Shown here one piece after another: positions 11,392 to 23,004 of a DNA stretch of 43,135 bases; within the stretch, counting starts at the first letter, position 1, and every line of letters starts with the position of its first letter. A program made the translations under genes and the position numbers. This stretch comes from Craspedostauros australis (Eukaryota). The DNA is taken from assembly GCA_030167865.1 (NCBI GenBank), contig JALAGF010003162.1, positions 1-43,135 of the forward strand, in the 5' to 3' direction. Under the pieces are notes generated by a model. That model was not told where the DNA came from. It was given only the letters and a program-made list of their open reading frames with translations, and did not search any database.

Positions 11392-12544
11392 GGAGTAGCA
11401 ACGATACCTTGCCTTGGCTTGCCCGCACGGTATTGCCAAACAATTGGTAGCGCCGATCCTTTTCTTGGTTGTATTCTCTCGCTATCCCTGTTCTCCTCAT
11501 GCGTGACAGGTGTGAGTTATCTTGATTCTGCTATCTCTCTCTCTCTCTGTCTGTTTGCATCCTTGTTTTCGTCGTTGTCACTGTTGTCGTCAGCAACGTT
11601 GGAGGGAACGACTTCGTGAATGGCGTGACCGATCGTTTCTGGAGCGCCGACTTCCGTTGCTGTTCGGCATCAGGGAAATCTCGCAGCCAGCCAGGAGACG
11701 GACCACGCGCAGCTGCGCGATGAAATAGTGACGACTCCATCCATCGGCAGCCCAAACCGCTCGCTGAAAATTTTGCATTTACGCCTCTTGTTAACTGCCC
11801 ATCCGACGTTGACGTTAACTCTTTCGTGTCGCTTCTGCTATGCACATGATACTGTCGCTTGCGTGACCCAACCAAGTCCCACAAAGTCGGATGCATGGTA
11901 TGCGAAAATGGTCAATTGGATGCCGGATCAGGATGCGACATGGACGACGACACAGATTGTTTTGGCTTTCTTCCCACGAATGGATTTTCGTCCACGATCA
12001 AATCATGAACGGAAACCGATCACACGAATCCTGCCGACACAAGGAATTCGGAATTCCCATCATCGGACTTTATTCACGAATGAACGAAACTTGATTCGAC
12101 ACAACCGACTCAATCTCGTATCTTTCGAGAACAAGAACGCAAAAAATCTTTCGTTGACAATTTTCTTCTGTTTCTCTTCCTGTTGTTGCGCACGTGACGA
12201 AGTTTCTCGTTTTCTTTCTCAACAGATCGAGGGGAGAAACAACACCCTCCGCCTCCGCCTATTCCGCATCTTTGTCGCGATCATGGCGGATCTTCTGCAT
12301 CTCAGCAGCCAGGCTGGAAACAGAGAACCGCACAGGGAGTGAGGCCGCTGCCTGCGTGTTCTCGTGGGTGTTGACACCCTCAACTCCACGCATCATGGTG
12401 GCAAACAGCACAACCGCCCCAATTCTGCCTTCGTGCGCACAAATCACAGAAGCGAAGATACTCCAACGGTCATCTTCTTCTTTCAGCATCAACCACGCTC
12501 GTCACCGCCGCCACCACCAGCATCAGCAATAACAAACAGCAACC

Positions 12545-14990
12545 ATGGGTCGATTCCTACGCCGTCTCAAGAAGCGCCTCGAAGGTTCGCAGAAGGACAA
12601 GTTCGAGGAGGAGAAGCGTGAGTCAACGTGCCCTGATGTCTCCTGTTGTTTGCTATTCTCTGATAGCGTCTGCGTTGCTTGTCGCTGTTGTGGATCGTCT
12701 TTCGCCGATTCCGTTCCTGCTCCTGCTTCCTTTTCGGAGGCACCAGCATGTGTTGCGCTTTATGCGTTTCGTCTGGTTGGCCATGGCCAATACTATTGCA
12801 TTTGTATAGTATGTACTGGCGCCGTCTTTGCCCATGACCGGACCTGTTTCCCGAAGCAGTCGCAACTGACAGATTCATCTTCTGCGTTCGCATGGTTCCG
12901 TTTCCCTCCTGCTTTCCTTCCGCTCATGCACCCATGTGCCCGTCCCCACACAAACACCAACACTCCCACCAACCAACTGATGACTGATCAACCGCCCGCT
13001 GAATCTCATTTCGTTTCGCAGCTCCCGCCGCCCGCAAGGACATCCGCATGATCTCCGGTTGCGAGGATGCCCAGACCTCCGCCGATGTCTCCAACGTGGG
13101 CAGCTTCAGCCTCCCGGATCCGCACGGCCGAGCCGGAGGCGCCTGCACATCCACCTTGCTCAAGATCCTCTACAAGGACGAGCAGCGCCCATCCACCGAC
13201 TACTCCTTCACCGAGGTCCTCTCCCTCATGCGCGGAATCCTCGACGACAAGGGGTTCTCGCAGATCCCGCAGCTCACCTCGCTCAATCCTATCGATGTCG
13301 AAGCCACATTCGATCTCGTTCCCGAATCTGCCACTGGCACTCGCCGTTCTGTCATGATCGGCATCAACTACGTCGGACACAGCCCCGGTGAGCTTCGCGG
13401 CTGCCAGAACGACGTCATGAACATGGTAGGTGATTGCAAGTGACTTCAAACTGCTTGCAAAGTGCTTGCAAATGACTGCGGAGATGCTCAGATGACATCG
13501 TGACTGAATGTGAGCGCAGACGGAGGTTTGTCGATGGATTTAGTTGTGATCCATTACATTCCAGTCCATTCCAATACATCCCAATACATTACATCGTCGG
13601 ATGTAAGATCACACAACACTCCGCTCGGATCATCAAGTCCGATCTTATCCGCATCCACGTCCCACGCTCCACGGGATCGCATGCCCATGACGACCTGAAC
13701 GATGAAAATTTCCACCATCGCGCTGCCATGTGCCAATTCATATCGCAGACACCGCAGCATGCCGGGGCATCAGCCGTGCAACTGCGAGTACATCCATCGC
13801 AACGCCATCGCTGCGCATCATGTATCGGTTGGTGGATCCAGACTAACATTCATCTTCCTCTCATTTTTTCCCTCTCGCGGCATGGCGCAACACGCTCTCC
13901 TCCTCTGTGTAACAACGATTGTGTCTTCCTTACATCCCCGCGGTCTCAAATGCGACGATATCGAATCACGCCACCCCGCAGAAAAAGTACATCATGGACG
14001 TGCACGGCTTCGACGAAGACAACATCGTCCTTCTCATGGACGACGGCGAGAATACAGAGCCAACTCGCGACAATATCATCGAGGCATACAAGAAGATCAT
14101 CAGTGAATCCGAGTCCGGAGACGCAGTCTTCCTCCACTATTCAGGTGAGTTCCATCGAATACCGCGGCATCTGTTTCCTTGTTGATGCGCACATGCTCCC
14201 ACCAACCCGCCACAATAGGATTGCTCGCCAATATATCATGGCCCTTCTTGTCTGCTTCTGCCTGACTGCCCGCCCTACGACGTCCTTTAACGCCGACCAG
14301 CAAGGCAACAGACCAACCAATCTGAAATACTTGATCTCACACAACTGACGCTCGAATTCTCGCAACTCCTACACGCTCTGTTGATCGACTTGCGGCCGTG
14401 GCGGTCCGGAACACACCTTGGAAATACTCACTGTTCTGACCCCACAGGCCACGGAACCAAGCTCCGCGACGACGACTGGGGCGAGGAGGACGACGGCTAC
14501 GATGAGGCTCTCGTCCCACTCGACTATCAAGACAACGGCATGATCCGTGACGACGATCTGTACAAGATCCTCATCGAAGACTTGCCAGAGGGCGTTCATC
14601 TCGTGTCGTTGGTAAGTTCGACCAATCCATGATCTACTGCAGTTTGTTTGTTTGTTTGTTTTTTGACACTCGCTGCGCTGATCATGGTGCCGATGCCAAT
14701 CACCCAGAACGCTCACACTTACATTCACACTTTCACACACTCCCCACTCCTCCTTCGCCAAACACACACGCGCGCGCCCTCCTTGGTGTCTCCGTCAAAC
14801 TGTCACATCAACTCCCATGAACACGAATGCTCATCAACAGATGGATTGTTGCCACTCGGGAACCATCCTGGATTTGCCATACATCTTCAAGGGCGATGGA
14901 CAGCAGGAGAAGATGGAACTCGATGAAGGAATCGACTTGGAGGGTTTCCTTGGAAAGATCGGTGCTTCCGTTTCGGGATTGTTCGGATAA
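12545..14990 (+). CDS. Type III metacaspase (p10 precedes p20); exons 12545-12617, 13022-13425, 13982-14144, 14448-14611, 14841-14990; 317 aa
   Basis: Four GT-AG introns splice into one frame of 954 nt. The p10 motif [13 protein letters not shown] comes first, then p20 motifs [26 protein letters not shown] (catalytic His), [14 protein letters not shown] and [14 protein letters not shown] (catalytic Cys). TAA at 14988-14990. Confidence 0.93.
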
Positions 14991-16418
14991 ACCGATTGCT
15001 TGCATGCAGGCCCTCTCCATTGCCGCCGGCTCACTGTTCCGCCACGTCGCGTCAGGCCGCATCTCATGAGCCTGCGCTCCGCAGCATGCATCGAGACGCT
15101 TGGCCGCTTCTGCAGCGGTGGCAACAGCGTCAGTGACAGCGACCGCAGCGGGTCTACCCATTCCCACCAAGAAACCAAAGAGTTTGGCGGCTTGCCCAAC
15201 GGCATCGACCTTTGATGCTCTCGCAGTAATCTCATACCGTTGCCATAGTATATTGCCATTAAAACAGTATCCGCTCATAATCACTTATGATGCTTGCGAC
15301 AGTGGTCGAATAGGTATGCAGAGCGTTGTCACGCAGCACGCGGAGTGTCTCCTGTGTTTGTAAGTGTGTTGCTCTATAACGCGTTACACGTTGCATACCT
15401 TCGCCGGCATCTTCATCTCCTCTCTGTTGCTCCTTCCTCGTGCTGACCGATCGACATCACCAATTTCGGAGGATTTGTGATTGGCAAGCCAAGGCCCCAT
15501 GCCCAGTCCGACCCGCGCAGACTCTCGGAGTGACAATGGCAGCAACACATGCCCAACTTTCACCAAAGCATCACGGTCTGTGCATTGTACTGAATGTTCC
15601 AAGTGGCAACGAACTACGAGTCTGGTGTGCCTGGGCCATCTTGAGGCCGTGGTATCGCCGAATCGTTCTGCTGGTATGATACTGCCCAGACCCAAGTCGC
15701 TGCCCATGGTCGCAGCTTCGACTTCGTTCCCACTTTCTGTGTTCCAGTCGGATGGCATCTGTGGCATGTCGGTCTGAGGGAATCTCACATCAACCCCATT
15801 TCTTTCACAAGTCCCAGACTGCGCGCATTGATACCAGAAGACCGCTCAACCGACCATCGACACTGACAGCGCCACTGGAACGATGTGGTGGTGCAAGAGT
15901 GAACAATAAAAAACCCCAAACGATACCTTTGACATGTCATGGGCTGTGCGCGAGAATGGGAATTGGAATGAAGCATGTGTCGCTCATACATGTGCAAGAA
16001 TCCTCGCACAACAACCACCAGCCCACCAATTCACGACCATGGTCATCATCGGTCCGGAATTATCGGAGATGGATGAGATTTATGATGGCGGCAAGAGAAG
16101 GAAGGATCGGAAAGGCCATCATTGGGATTTCTCCCCTCATCCAACTGCCCGACCATCAATCACCCATCCTCCTTCGTCTCCTTTTCGCCTCGCCTCGTCG
16201 GCCCCACCTTTCCTACGGAACAAAACCTCCTCGTGTTCATGTTGCTTTTGCAAAGGAGCACACTTTTTACGGATGCCGAGCTGGCTGTCTCCAATCCCAA
16301 GTGTTGTGTGGAATAGTGCAAACAACATTGGCGTCACGTCTCTGTCCAGCAGGTGGAGAACTCGCGCAGCATGTATCCATAGTTGTAAGTACAAGTATTC
16401 GCGTGGCGATTGGGCCTG

Positions 16419-16459
16419 TGTGCACGCAACCCTCTTGTGCACGCAACCCTCTTGTGCAC
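16419..16459. repeat. 17-bp tandem duplication (TGTGCACGCAACCCTCT x2.4)
   Basis: Two exact copies plus TGTGCAC read directly. Confidence 0.85.
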
Positions 16460-17526
16460 CCACAAACATCACAAAGAGTTCTCATGGTGAAGGATCGTGT
16501 CACACTTCCTCATAGCTGCTCGCACGAGTAGGTGTGCGGCGACGTGCTCATCGCCTCACTTCTCCGCCTTCGACCAAGGGGGATTTATCGTGATCTTACG
16601 TGCGACTATTACTCAAGTGCGAGCTTCGATCTATTTATGCGCACTGTCACCCCAAGGGGTGAGGGTGGTCAGAGTCACCTCTGTGGGATGAGAAACGATC
16701 CGAACCTGAGATTTGTCAGTGCACAGTAGACAGATCTCACGTGGCCGCTTCAACGCGAGAAATCCAACCACGAAGCCCGCTTTCGCCTTGGAATTGTCAA
16801 CAGGATAGCCCTTTGGCTTTCGGGAATTCAAGCTTCTTGTCCCTCTGCCTGTGCCATGTCTTTGATTTTCCGCAAACGCGGTGCAACCAAGGCAACGAGA
16901 GAACACTGCACAGGGTGGCAACATGGGTCTGTGCAGTGTGTGACGCACGCTGCATCGCGCATAGTACCACACGGTTCCATTGCGTACTCGGCTATTATAT
17001 GTAATAGGTGGTACCCACAGCCGTCACAGGAAGCATGACTCCCTCCATCTACCGACCAACGGAGCATCTGTGTTGACGCTGTTCTAACTTGCGAGTACTA
17101 CGCATGCTACTTCTGCGCCCAATCGTGCTTTGTCATACTCCATCCATGTGTAGTACGATGACTGTGCAGCCAGGTTTGCGAGGGTATACTCGTCGTTTGG
17201 CTCTTCAAGCTTGTACGCGCATGCGATGTTCGTATGGTGCGATGCGGTGTTCCAGTCAATTCATCTGCGCTATTCTACTCCGATCGTATTCTGCTCTACT
17301 CCCATACAGAATGCCCCTACCAGTGACCGAGGTGAGCCCGTTCGTGTTTTGTGTTCTCCCCGTCTCTCTCGATGTCTTTTCCTGGCATGAGTTTCTGTGA
17401 AATGCGGCCTCTGTATGAAATGCAATGTCTATTCATGTTACGTGTTGCGTTTGAACAGTTCGCCAGGAACGAGGGCAGTACACGCATGCGCCGTCCTCCC
17501 CGTCTACCCCCTCTCTCTGTTTCTCT

Positions 17527-18666
17527 CTAGATACTCGCTGCCCTCTCTGTCTCGTCGTCGCTGACCAACAAGCCCTCGTCGAAGTCCGAGTGAAAATGGA
17601 ACTCGTTGGACGGGACTTCCTCGAATTCGATGGACTGTCCGATGAGCTCATCCAGGTTGGATCTGCTGCGTCGAGTTGACGGTCGTCGTTTCACGATGGG
17701 CCAGCGCGAGCAAGTGAGCGACGCGGCGCCGGACGCGAACAAATTGAAGAGCGTGTTCTGCGATGACTTACGCAGGGAGACGCGTCGGTGGTGGGCATTA
17801 CAGGATGATGACTCGGCCTTGACGGCATCGTACTTTGAGGGTGCCGTATCAATTGATGGTGGCGCATGATGCGCATCCATGTCGTCGCATTCTGGGAAAG
17901 AGAAATCTAGATGCGATAGCATCTGGAGATCCATGCACGGGTCTGTATCGTCGTTTGCGCGACGAAGCAGCGAGTTGCGGTGTTGCTGCTGATGATGATG
18001 CCGATGCTGATGTTGTTCTTGTGGATGCTGCGATCGCGTGTTTTGGATGGGGACCAGGAGGTTGTGGAGTTCGAGGTACTCATCCAGCTTGCGCTCATCT
18101 ACATGTGAGCAAGCGCTGCTGATGGCGCTGACCTGTCCCATGGAGGACGCCGGTGCCAGAGTGGGCGCAAACGGTGATGTCGGCGTTGTTGTTGGGGCCA
18201 ACACTGGCACTGGCGCTGATAACGATGTCACGGGCAGCACCGGAGCCGACAAGCTTCGGCTCTGCTTGAAGATGCACCTCTTGGTCTTCTTCTGCGCTGC
18301 TCTTCGCTTCTCCACGCGGAGCTTCGTGCTGGACTTGTACTTGGAGAAGAGAGCGTCCCGGAGACATGAGCCAACCTTGGTTCGGGCTGCTGCTTCGTCC
18401 ATTTCGTACCACAAACCATCGTGGAACTTAACGAATGGAATCTCTCCGCGACAGGCCTCTTCGATAGCCTGCACGATCTCCGTCACGACGACGGTCTTGG
18501 CATTCTTCGTGCGGGCCTTGGAGTACGTTTCCCTGAATCGCTGAACGATCTCGACGAGGTATTTGTTGCCGGATGCTTGTGTGCAGATCTTGCCCTTGCC
18601 GATGACGACGGTATGTTGTGCCGGGATGTAGCTGGTTGGGAGGATGGACTTGGCGTGAGGGATCAT
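17527..18666 (-). CDS. DUF6824-type domain protein (domain N-terminal, low-complexity tail), ~379 aa
   Basis: VVIGKG..SGNKYLVEIV..YSKA..KTVVVTEIV..FVK..WYEM..ARTKVGSCLRD. Start placed at MIPHAKS (18666). The frame is open further upstream, but that part looks like simple-repeat UTR, so the start is uncertain. Confidence 0.8.
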   Translation of the reverse strand: MIPHAKSILPTSYIPAQHTVVIGKGKICTQASGNKYLVEIVQRFRETYSKARTKNAKTVVVTEIVQAIEEACRGEIPFVKFHDGLWYEMDEAAARTKVGSCLRDALFSKYKSSTKLRVEKRRAAQKKTKRCIFKQSRSLSAPVLPVTSLSAPVPVLAPTTTPTSPFAPTLAPASSMGQVSAISSACSHVDERKLDEYLELHNLLVPIQNTRSQHPQEQHQHRHHHQQQHRNSLLRRANDDTDPCMDLQMLSHLDFSFPECDDMDAHHAPPSIDTAPSKYDAVKAESSSCNAHHRRVSLRKSSQNTLFNLFASGAASLTCSRWPIVKRRPSTRRSRSNLDELIGQSIEFEEVPSNEFHFHSDFDEGLLVSDDETERAASI

Positions 18667-19491
18667 CTTCGTGAAGTATTCTGCTTGGGCTGAATTTGGC
18701 TGTGTTTGTTTTGTGTTGTCCTCGAGTTTGGGTTTGAGTTTGAATTTGTGTGTGTGGACAGATCGACTTCTGGCGGAGGCTGATTTTATGAGCACCATGT
18801 CTCGGAGCATCATCCTGTGTCGATGTTGTTTCTGTGGAGTCCCCTTGGACAGGACAAGCCAACCTTCCGCTTGCATTTGTGCCACGCCGGATCTTCTGTT
18901 GAAGATAGGAACCGCAGCAACATCCGCAGCGATGGTGCGCAGCGACAGAGCAACCAAAATCACCACTTCGTTGGCAGTAGTCGCGCGACAGCTGCAAGGA
19001 CCGCGATCCTCTTATCGGGACTGAATTGGTTGTCCGCTTCCTCTGTCCACAAGAAGTCTGATACCGTGGCCTGTATTGCCAACCCACAGTGATCACATCG
19101 CAAATGTCAGACCGCGGCTCGGACGACGTGAAGTTTGTATGGAGGAACGAAGAGGCGTTTGACGCCGTTCATGCTGTGCTTCTTTCACTGATTACTTATG
19201 TCCTCCCAGTTTTTTTTTTTGCGAATTGGCCAGATCGCTGGTGATTCGAACTGTTAATAACGCCGCAGCTCCTTGATGCGGTTATCGTTTTTGGAAGAAC
19301 AGTGACATAGAAAACACGAACCTCCGCATTAGATCGACCGGGAACTGTTCCGTTGTCTGCAGTCCTGTGGTTGTTTGTAGGCTCACACAGCGGTACATCC
19401 AAAGGTCCACCAAACGGAGCAGAACAGCGATCGCAGCAGAAAAGTCCACCGGCTCAGACGCTGGGACAAGCAATGTGAGAGAAACAAGAAA

Positions 19492-19545
19492 AACCAACCA
19501 ACCAACCAACCAAACAAACAAACAAACAAACAAACAAACAAACAA
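19492..19545. repeat. Compound (AACC)n(AAAC)n microsatellite
   Basis: Read directly. Confidence 0.9.
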
Positions 19546-19602
19546 CTTGCCAACCACGCTGACACAACATCAGATCAACCCAGGAGCTGCGAGAAAGGTG
19601 TG

Positions 19603-19660
19603 CATGGCATGGTACGGAACGCTATAGTACGGTACACTATGGTACGGTATGGTATGGTAC
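19603..19660. repeat. Degenerate pentamer repeat (ATGGT/ACGGT)
   Basis: catggcatggtacgg...tatggtacggtatggtatggtac shows 5-nt periodicity. Confidence 0.65.
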
Positions 19661-20673
19661 CCTGCTAATATCGCATTTGTACCAGACACAGAGCGGATGT
19701 GTGAACTTCACAGGACTTGTGTTCAGCCTCTTTGTGCCAGCTCCTGCTTCACCCCGCAGATGGTACAGCTGCCGATTCGTAGGAAAGCCGAGCAGATTTG
19801 ACGGCAGAAATTCTGCGAAATGAATGAACAGAAGAGCGGCGTCCGCTGGACGGTGTTGTGAACACATGGAAACGCGGTGTTGCATTGCTCTTGCCACATC
19901 TGTCGTGTACTTGAGAGGAGCGAACTATTCAAAACATCCTCGTAAACCAGAGCATGTACTTGCACATTGGAATAGAGCATGCTGCTCTCTCGAGTCTACG
20001 GATAGCGATGTCTAGGTGGTGGCATCGCTTGAACACACGATTCGTCCGGCAGACTCGTGCGACCGTTCTTATCGGACAATGTTGTCCTTTATTTGATTCT
20101 TGTTCGTTATAATATGTCCTTTAACTTGTTCGTGTAAAATGTCGAACTGTCAGAGCTTGGTTTATAATTGTCATATTATCTGCCTAACCTTCAATCAGAA
20201 AAGAAGGGATTGTAGTCGCACAAGTCTTCAAATCCGCCTGTTTGGGGCTTCCATAGTCTAATCCCATTTCTGTAGGCGTTGAAATGTGCAACGGTGATAG
20301 ACATGCCTTTCCTAATTAAGTGCCCGCACGTTCCTTCAACATTGTTTTGTCAATTAAAAAGCCTAAACGAAACGCGGCCTCTTGTTTGACAAACAAATTG
20401 GGGTGAGGAGCTGGAAGCGAAGCAAATCGTTCACTTGGCGCTCCAGTGGCAAAGAACAGTGTGTTCGTGGTTGGCGCGATGCCCGGATCTGCTCAGCCAG
20501 GGGTCTGGGAGCTGTGGGCATCTTGGACCGCTGAAAGGAAAAGGAGGTCGGTCAGTCTCCACCGCTCTGGACTAAGGTAGAGAGGACGGCACAAAGAGAA
20601 GACCACCGTTGCAATCATTTCGGACCTATTGTACGTATACTCTAGACAGTATTCTAGAGCACCACGCAATGCT

Positions 20674-23004
20674 CTATTCCATGTTCTTAGCGCCCTCTGT
20701 GCCCGCAGCACCGTCTGTATTGCGGCGCTGCCCAGTGCCACCAAGGTCAGTAGCGCTGGTATCAGCGTCAGTATCCGTGTCCATGTTTTGAGAAGAGTTG
20801 GGGTCGTTGCCATCAGTGTCAGTATCATCGTTGCGGCCATCCTTCGTCTTCGCCTGGTTCGTGGGTTGCAGACCGTGAGCTGCTCGCCGCACAGCCACTC
20901 TGACCCGCGTGCTTGATTTGTACTGCCCAGGCAGGCGGTCACGTAGCATCGATCCTATCTTGATCCTGGCGACCGTGTCGCCCACCTCGAACCATTTATC
21001 GCCCGCCTCCTTCCTGACGAAGGCCCCCGTCGGACATTCCTTGTACACAATGTGAAGGATTTCTGTCACAACAGTGCTTCTGTCTGTCTTGTTCCTGCAC
21101 TTTTGATACACGGACAGGAACGAATCCACAATCTTCCCCAGTCGCACGTTGCCTGGCATTCTGGCAATGCCTCGGCCCTTCCCGATGACGACGGCTTTCT
21201 GACATGGCTGGAAAGATGATGGCAGCAGGTGATGATTACGTTTGTTTCGGACAAAGAGCAGGCTTCTGCTCTGATTCTTGGAGTAGTCTATGCCTGGACC
21301 CAATGGTTCGCTGCTCTCATGCCCGTCAGTGTTGTCACATGCTGGAGCTCCCTTTCTGGTGGCATGCTGATCCTTGTGGTTGAGTTCAGCGTGGCTGTGA
21401 AGCGGAAGCGCCGTCTTTGCTTCTTCGTTGGTGCTGTCTTCCGAAGTAACGCCACTGTGCGCTGCCGCTTGTTGAGGGATCGAAGCGTCAGATCTAGACT
21501 CCACGTCATCAAATTGGTTGGCAATGGTCCTCGCAGTTCCCAGCCTGTCACTGTCACGAATACCACGCGCTTCAGCTATGATATTGGCGTCGGAAATACC
21601 AAGTACAGAGAGATTTACTAGCGAGGGAGATGGCTGCCCATGCGCCGCCAATGTGGCTGACTGGAAGTGCTCGATGTTGTTTGCGATGGCAACCTGCGGG
21701 TCAATTTGGTTCACACCAACATGTCCTTGCTGCGTGATGGGATGCTGAAAGCGCTGCTGCTGATGTAGCGGCGGGGTCAGCTGTTCTTGCGTGGCAGATA
21801 AAGAGTAGTACCCGTGCAAAGTTGTTGCCTGTATTGGTTGGATTTGAGAGATGATCGGCATCGATTCTCCTGGGCCAATCCATGAGGTTGAGAGCTGTGG
21901 ATGATTCAGCACGTGTCCTGGGCGCGAAGGGAGCTGAGATTCGAGACTTGTGAAACTTTGGGGAGACCTTAGACTGCCACGGGAAGTGACGAACGAAGCG
22001 GAAGGGATGCTGCTGTACGAATACTCGGGCCCTTCGAATAGTGGCATGAACTGAGGGGCCACCAGCTGTGAAGGATAGCTGGCCTGAGGGCATAGGCTGA
22101 TTTGCTGCCGGGGCAATCGGGAGCTATTCAGATATGGCGCCTGGGCAGCTGCGATATTATGTGCACTCGCGTGAGCACGGGCTTGCATCTGTGCGTGTAT
22201 CTGCGAGCGTATCTGCGCTTGTGCTTGGGCTTCAACTTGGAGCTGCGTATGGAGGTGTGCCTGAATCTGCGTGTGCACCTGGGTCCCAGCCTCTTCTGGC
22301 GATCTTTCAGCACCGAACGTACTCGGAGACTGGGTTGAGTGGCTCGAGAGGTTGTTGCTGATGCTGATGCTATCAGCGTGCATGTCGCTACGGCGACCTC
22401 CGTTGTCGCTGGCAATGTTCTCGGAATTGGCGTTAACATCGACGTTGGTCATGCGCGAGATCATGGCGTGTCGGCGGTGATCAACGCTTCCTGCTGGTCT
22501 TGATATGGACGGAAGACCACTTTCTATGCCGAGCCTGAATCTCTCGCCTCTGATGGTGCACGCAGCGTTGTTTCCAATGGGCGTCGACAATCCAGAGGTC
22601 TCGGAAGTTGCCTGGTGGTCTGCCATGCCAACGCCAGGTCGCGACATGACGACTTCCATGCCAAGAGACAGCGGAAATAATGATGTCGCGGGCACGGACT
22701 GGATCTGGCTGACATGGTGACCTTCGATTGACGCCGCCATGGATACGGACGGCGGTCTGTTCGCCTCAATCACTCCCAAAGCTTCAGACTCTCCCGATGT
22801 TCGCCTGGCTCTAGCTGCTGTTGCGGTCGTTGCTGCTGTACTCTTCAACGCCTTTGCATGGTTTGACTTGGTGGAGGCCTCCATGATGGTGCGATTGGAG
22901 ACAACCGTCGACGGTGATCTTGGTGGTGTCACTTGAGCAGTCGTTTCGAGCGTACTTCTTGGTCGAAACCTTTCACTGGATGCCTGTGCCGTGCGCATCG
23001 TCAT
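20674..23004 (-). CDS. DUF6824-type domain protein (domain C-terminal, long S/Q-rich N-terminus), 776 aa
   Basis: 776-codon ORF. VVIGKGRG..GNVRLGKIV..YQKC..RSTVVTEIL..GAFVRK..WFEV..ARIKIGSMLRD. Q/A/H-rich central tract. Confidence 0.82.
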   Translation of the reverse strand: MTMRTAQASSERFRPRSTLETTAQVTPPRSPSTVVSNRTIMEASTKSNHAKALKSTAATTATAARARRTSGESEALGVIEANRPPSVSMAASIEGHHVSQIQSVPATSLFPLSLGMEVVMSRPGVGMADHQATSETSGLSTPIGNNAACTIRGERFRLGIESGLPSISRPAGSVDHRRHAMISRMTNVDVNANSENIASDNGGRRSDMHADSISISNNLSSHSTQSPSTFGAERSPEEAGTQVHTQIQAHLHTQLQVEAQAQAQIRSQIHAQMQARAHASAHNIAAAQAPYLNSSRLPRQQISLCPQASYPSQLVAPQFMPLFEGPEYSYSSIPSASFVTSRGSLRSPQSFTSLESQLPSRPGHVLNHPQLSTSWIGPGESMPIISQIQPIQATTLHGYYSLSATQEQLTPPLHQQQRFQHPITQQGHVGVNQIDPQVAIANNIEHFQSATLAAHGQPSPSLVNLSVLGISDANIIAEARGIRDSDRLGTARTIANQFDDVESRSDASIPQQAAAHSGVTSEDSTNEEAKTALPLHSHAELNHKDQHATRKGAPACDNTDGHESSEPLGPGIDYSKNQSRSLLFVRNKRNHHLLPSSFQPCQKAVVIGKGRGIARMPGNVRLGKIVDSFLSVYQKCRNKTDRSTVVTEILHIVYKECPTGAFVRKEAGDKWFEVGDTVARIKIGSMLRDRLPGQYKSSTRVRVAVRRAAHGLQPTNQAKTKDGRNDDTDTDGNDPNSSQNMDTDTDADTSATDLGGTGQRRNTDGAAGTEGAKNME

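Noticed and set aside
10400..12500. ORFs of 120-204 aa in the divergent intergenic region
   Set aside because: Built from simple repeats and C/V/L-rich translations typical of non-coding DNA.
15384..17400. Several 100-260 aa ORFs between the metacaspase and DUF6824 genes
   Set aside because: Many start at non-ATG codons, show no codon bias and have no recognisable motifs; treated as intergenic.
19400..19425. AGGTCC...GGAGCAG resembling SRP RNA helix 8
   Set aside because: The loop is not GNRA and no surrounding SRP helices or Alu domain are evident.
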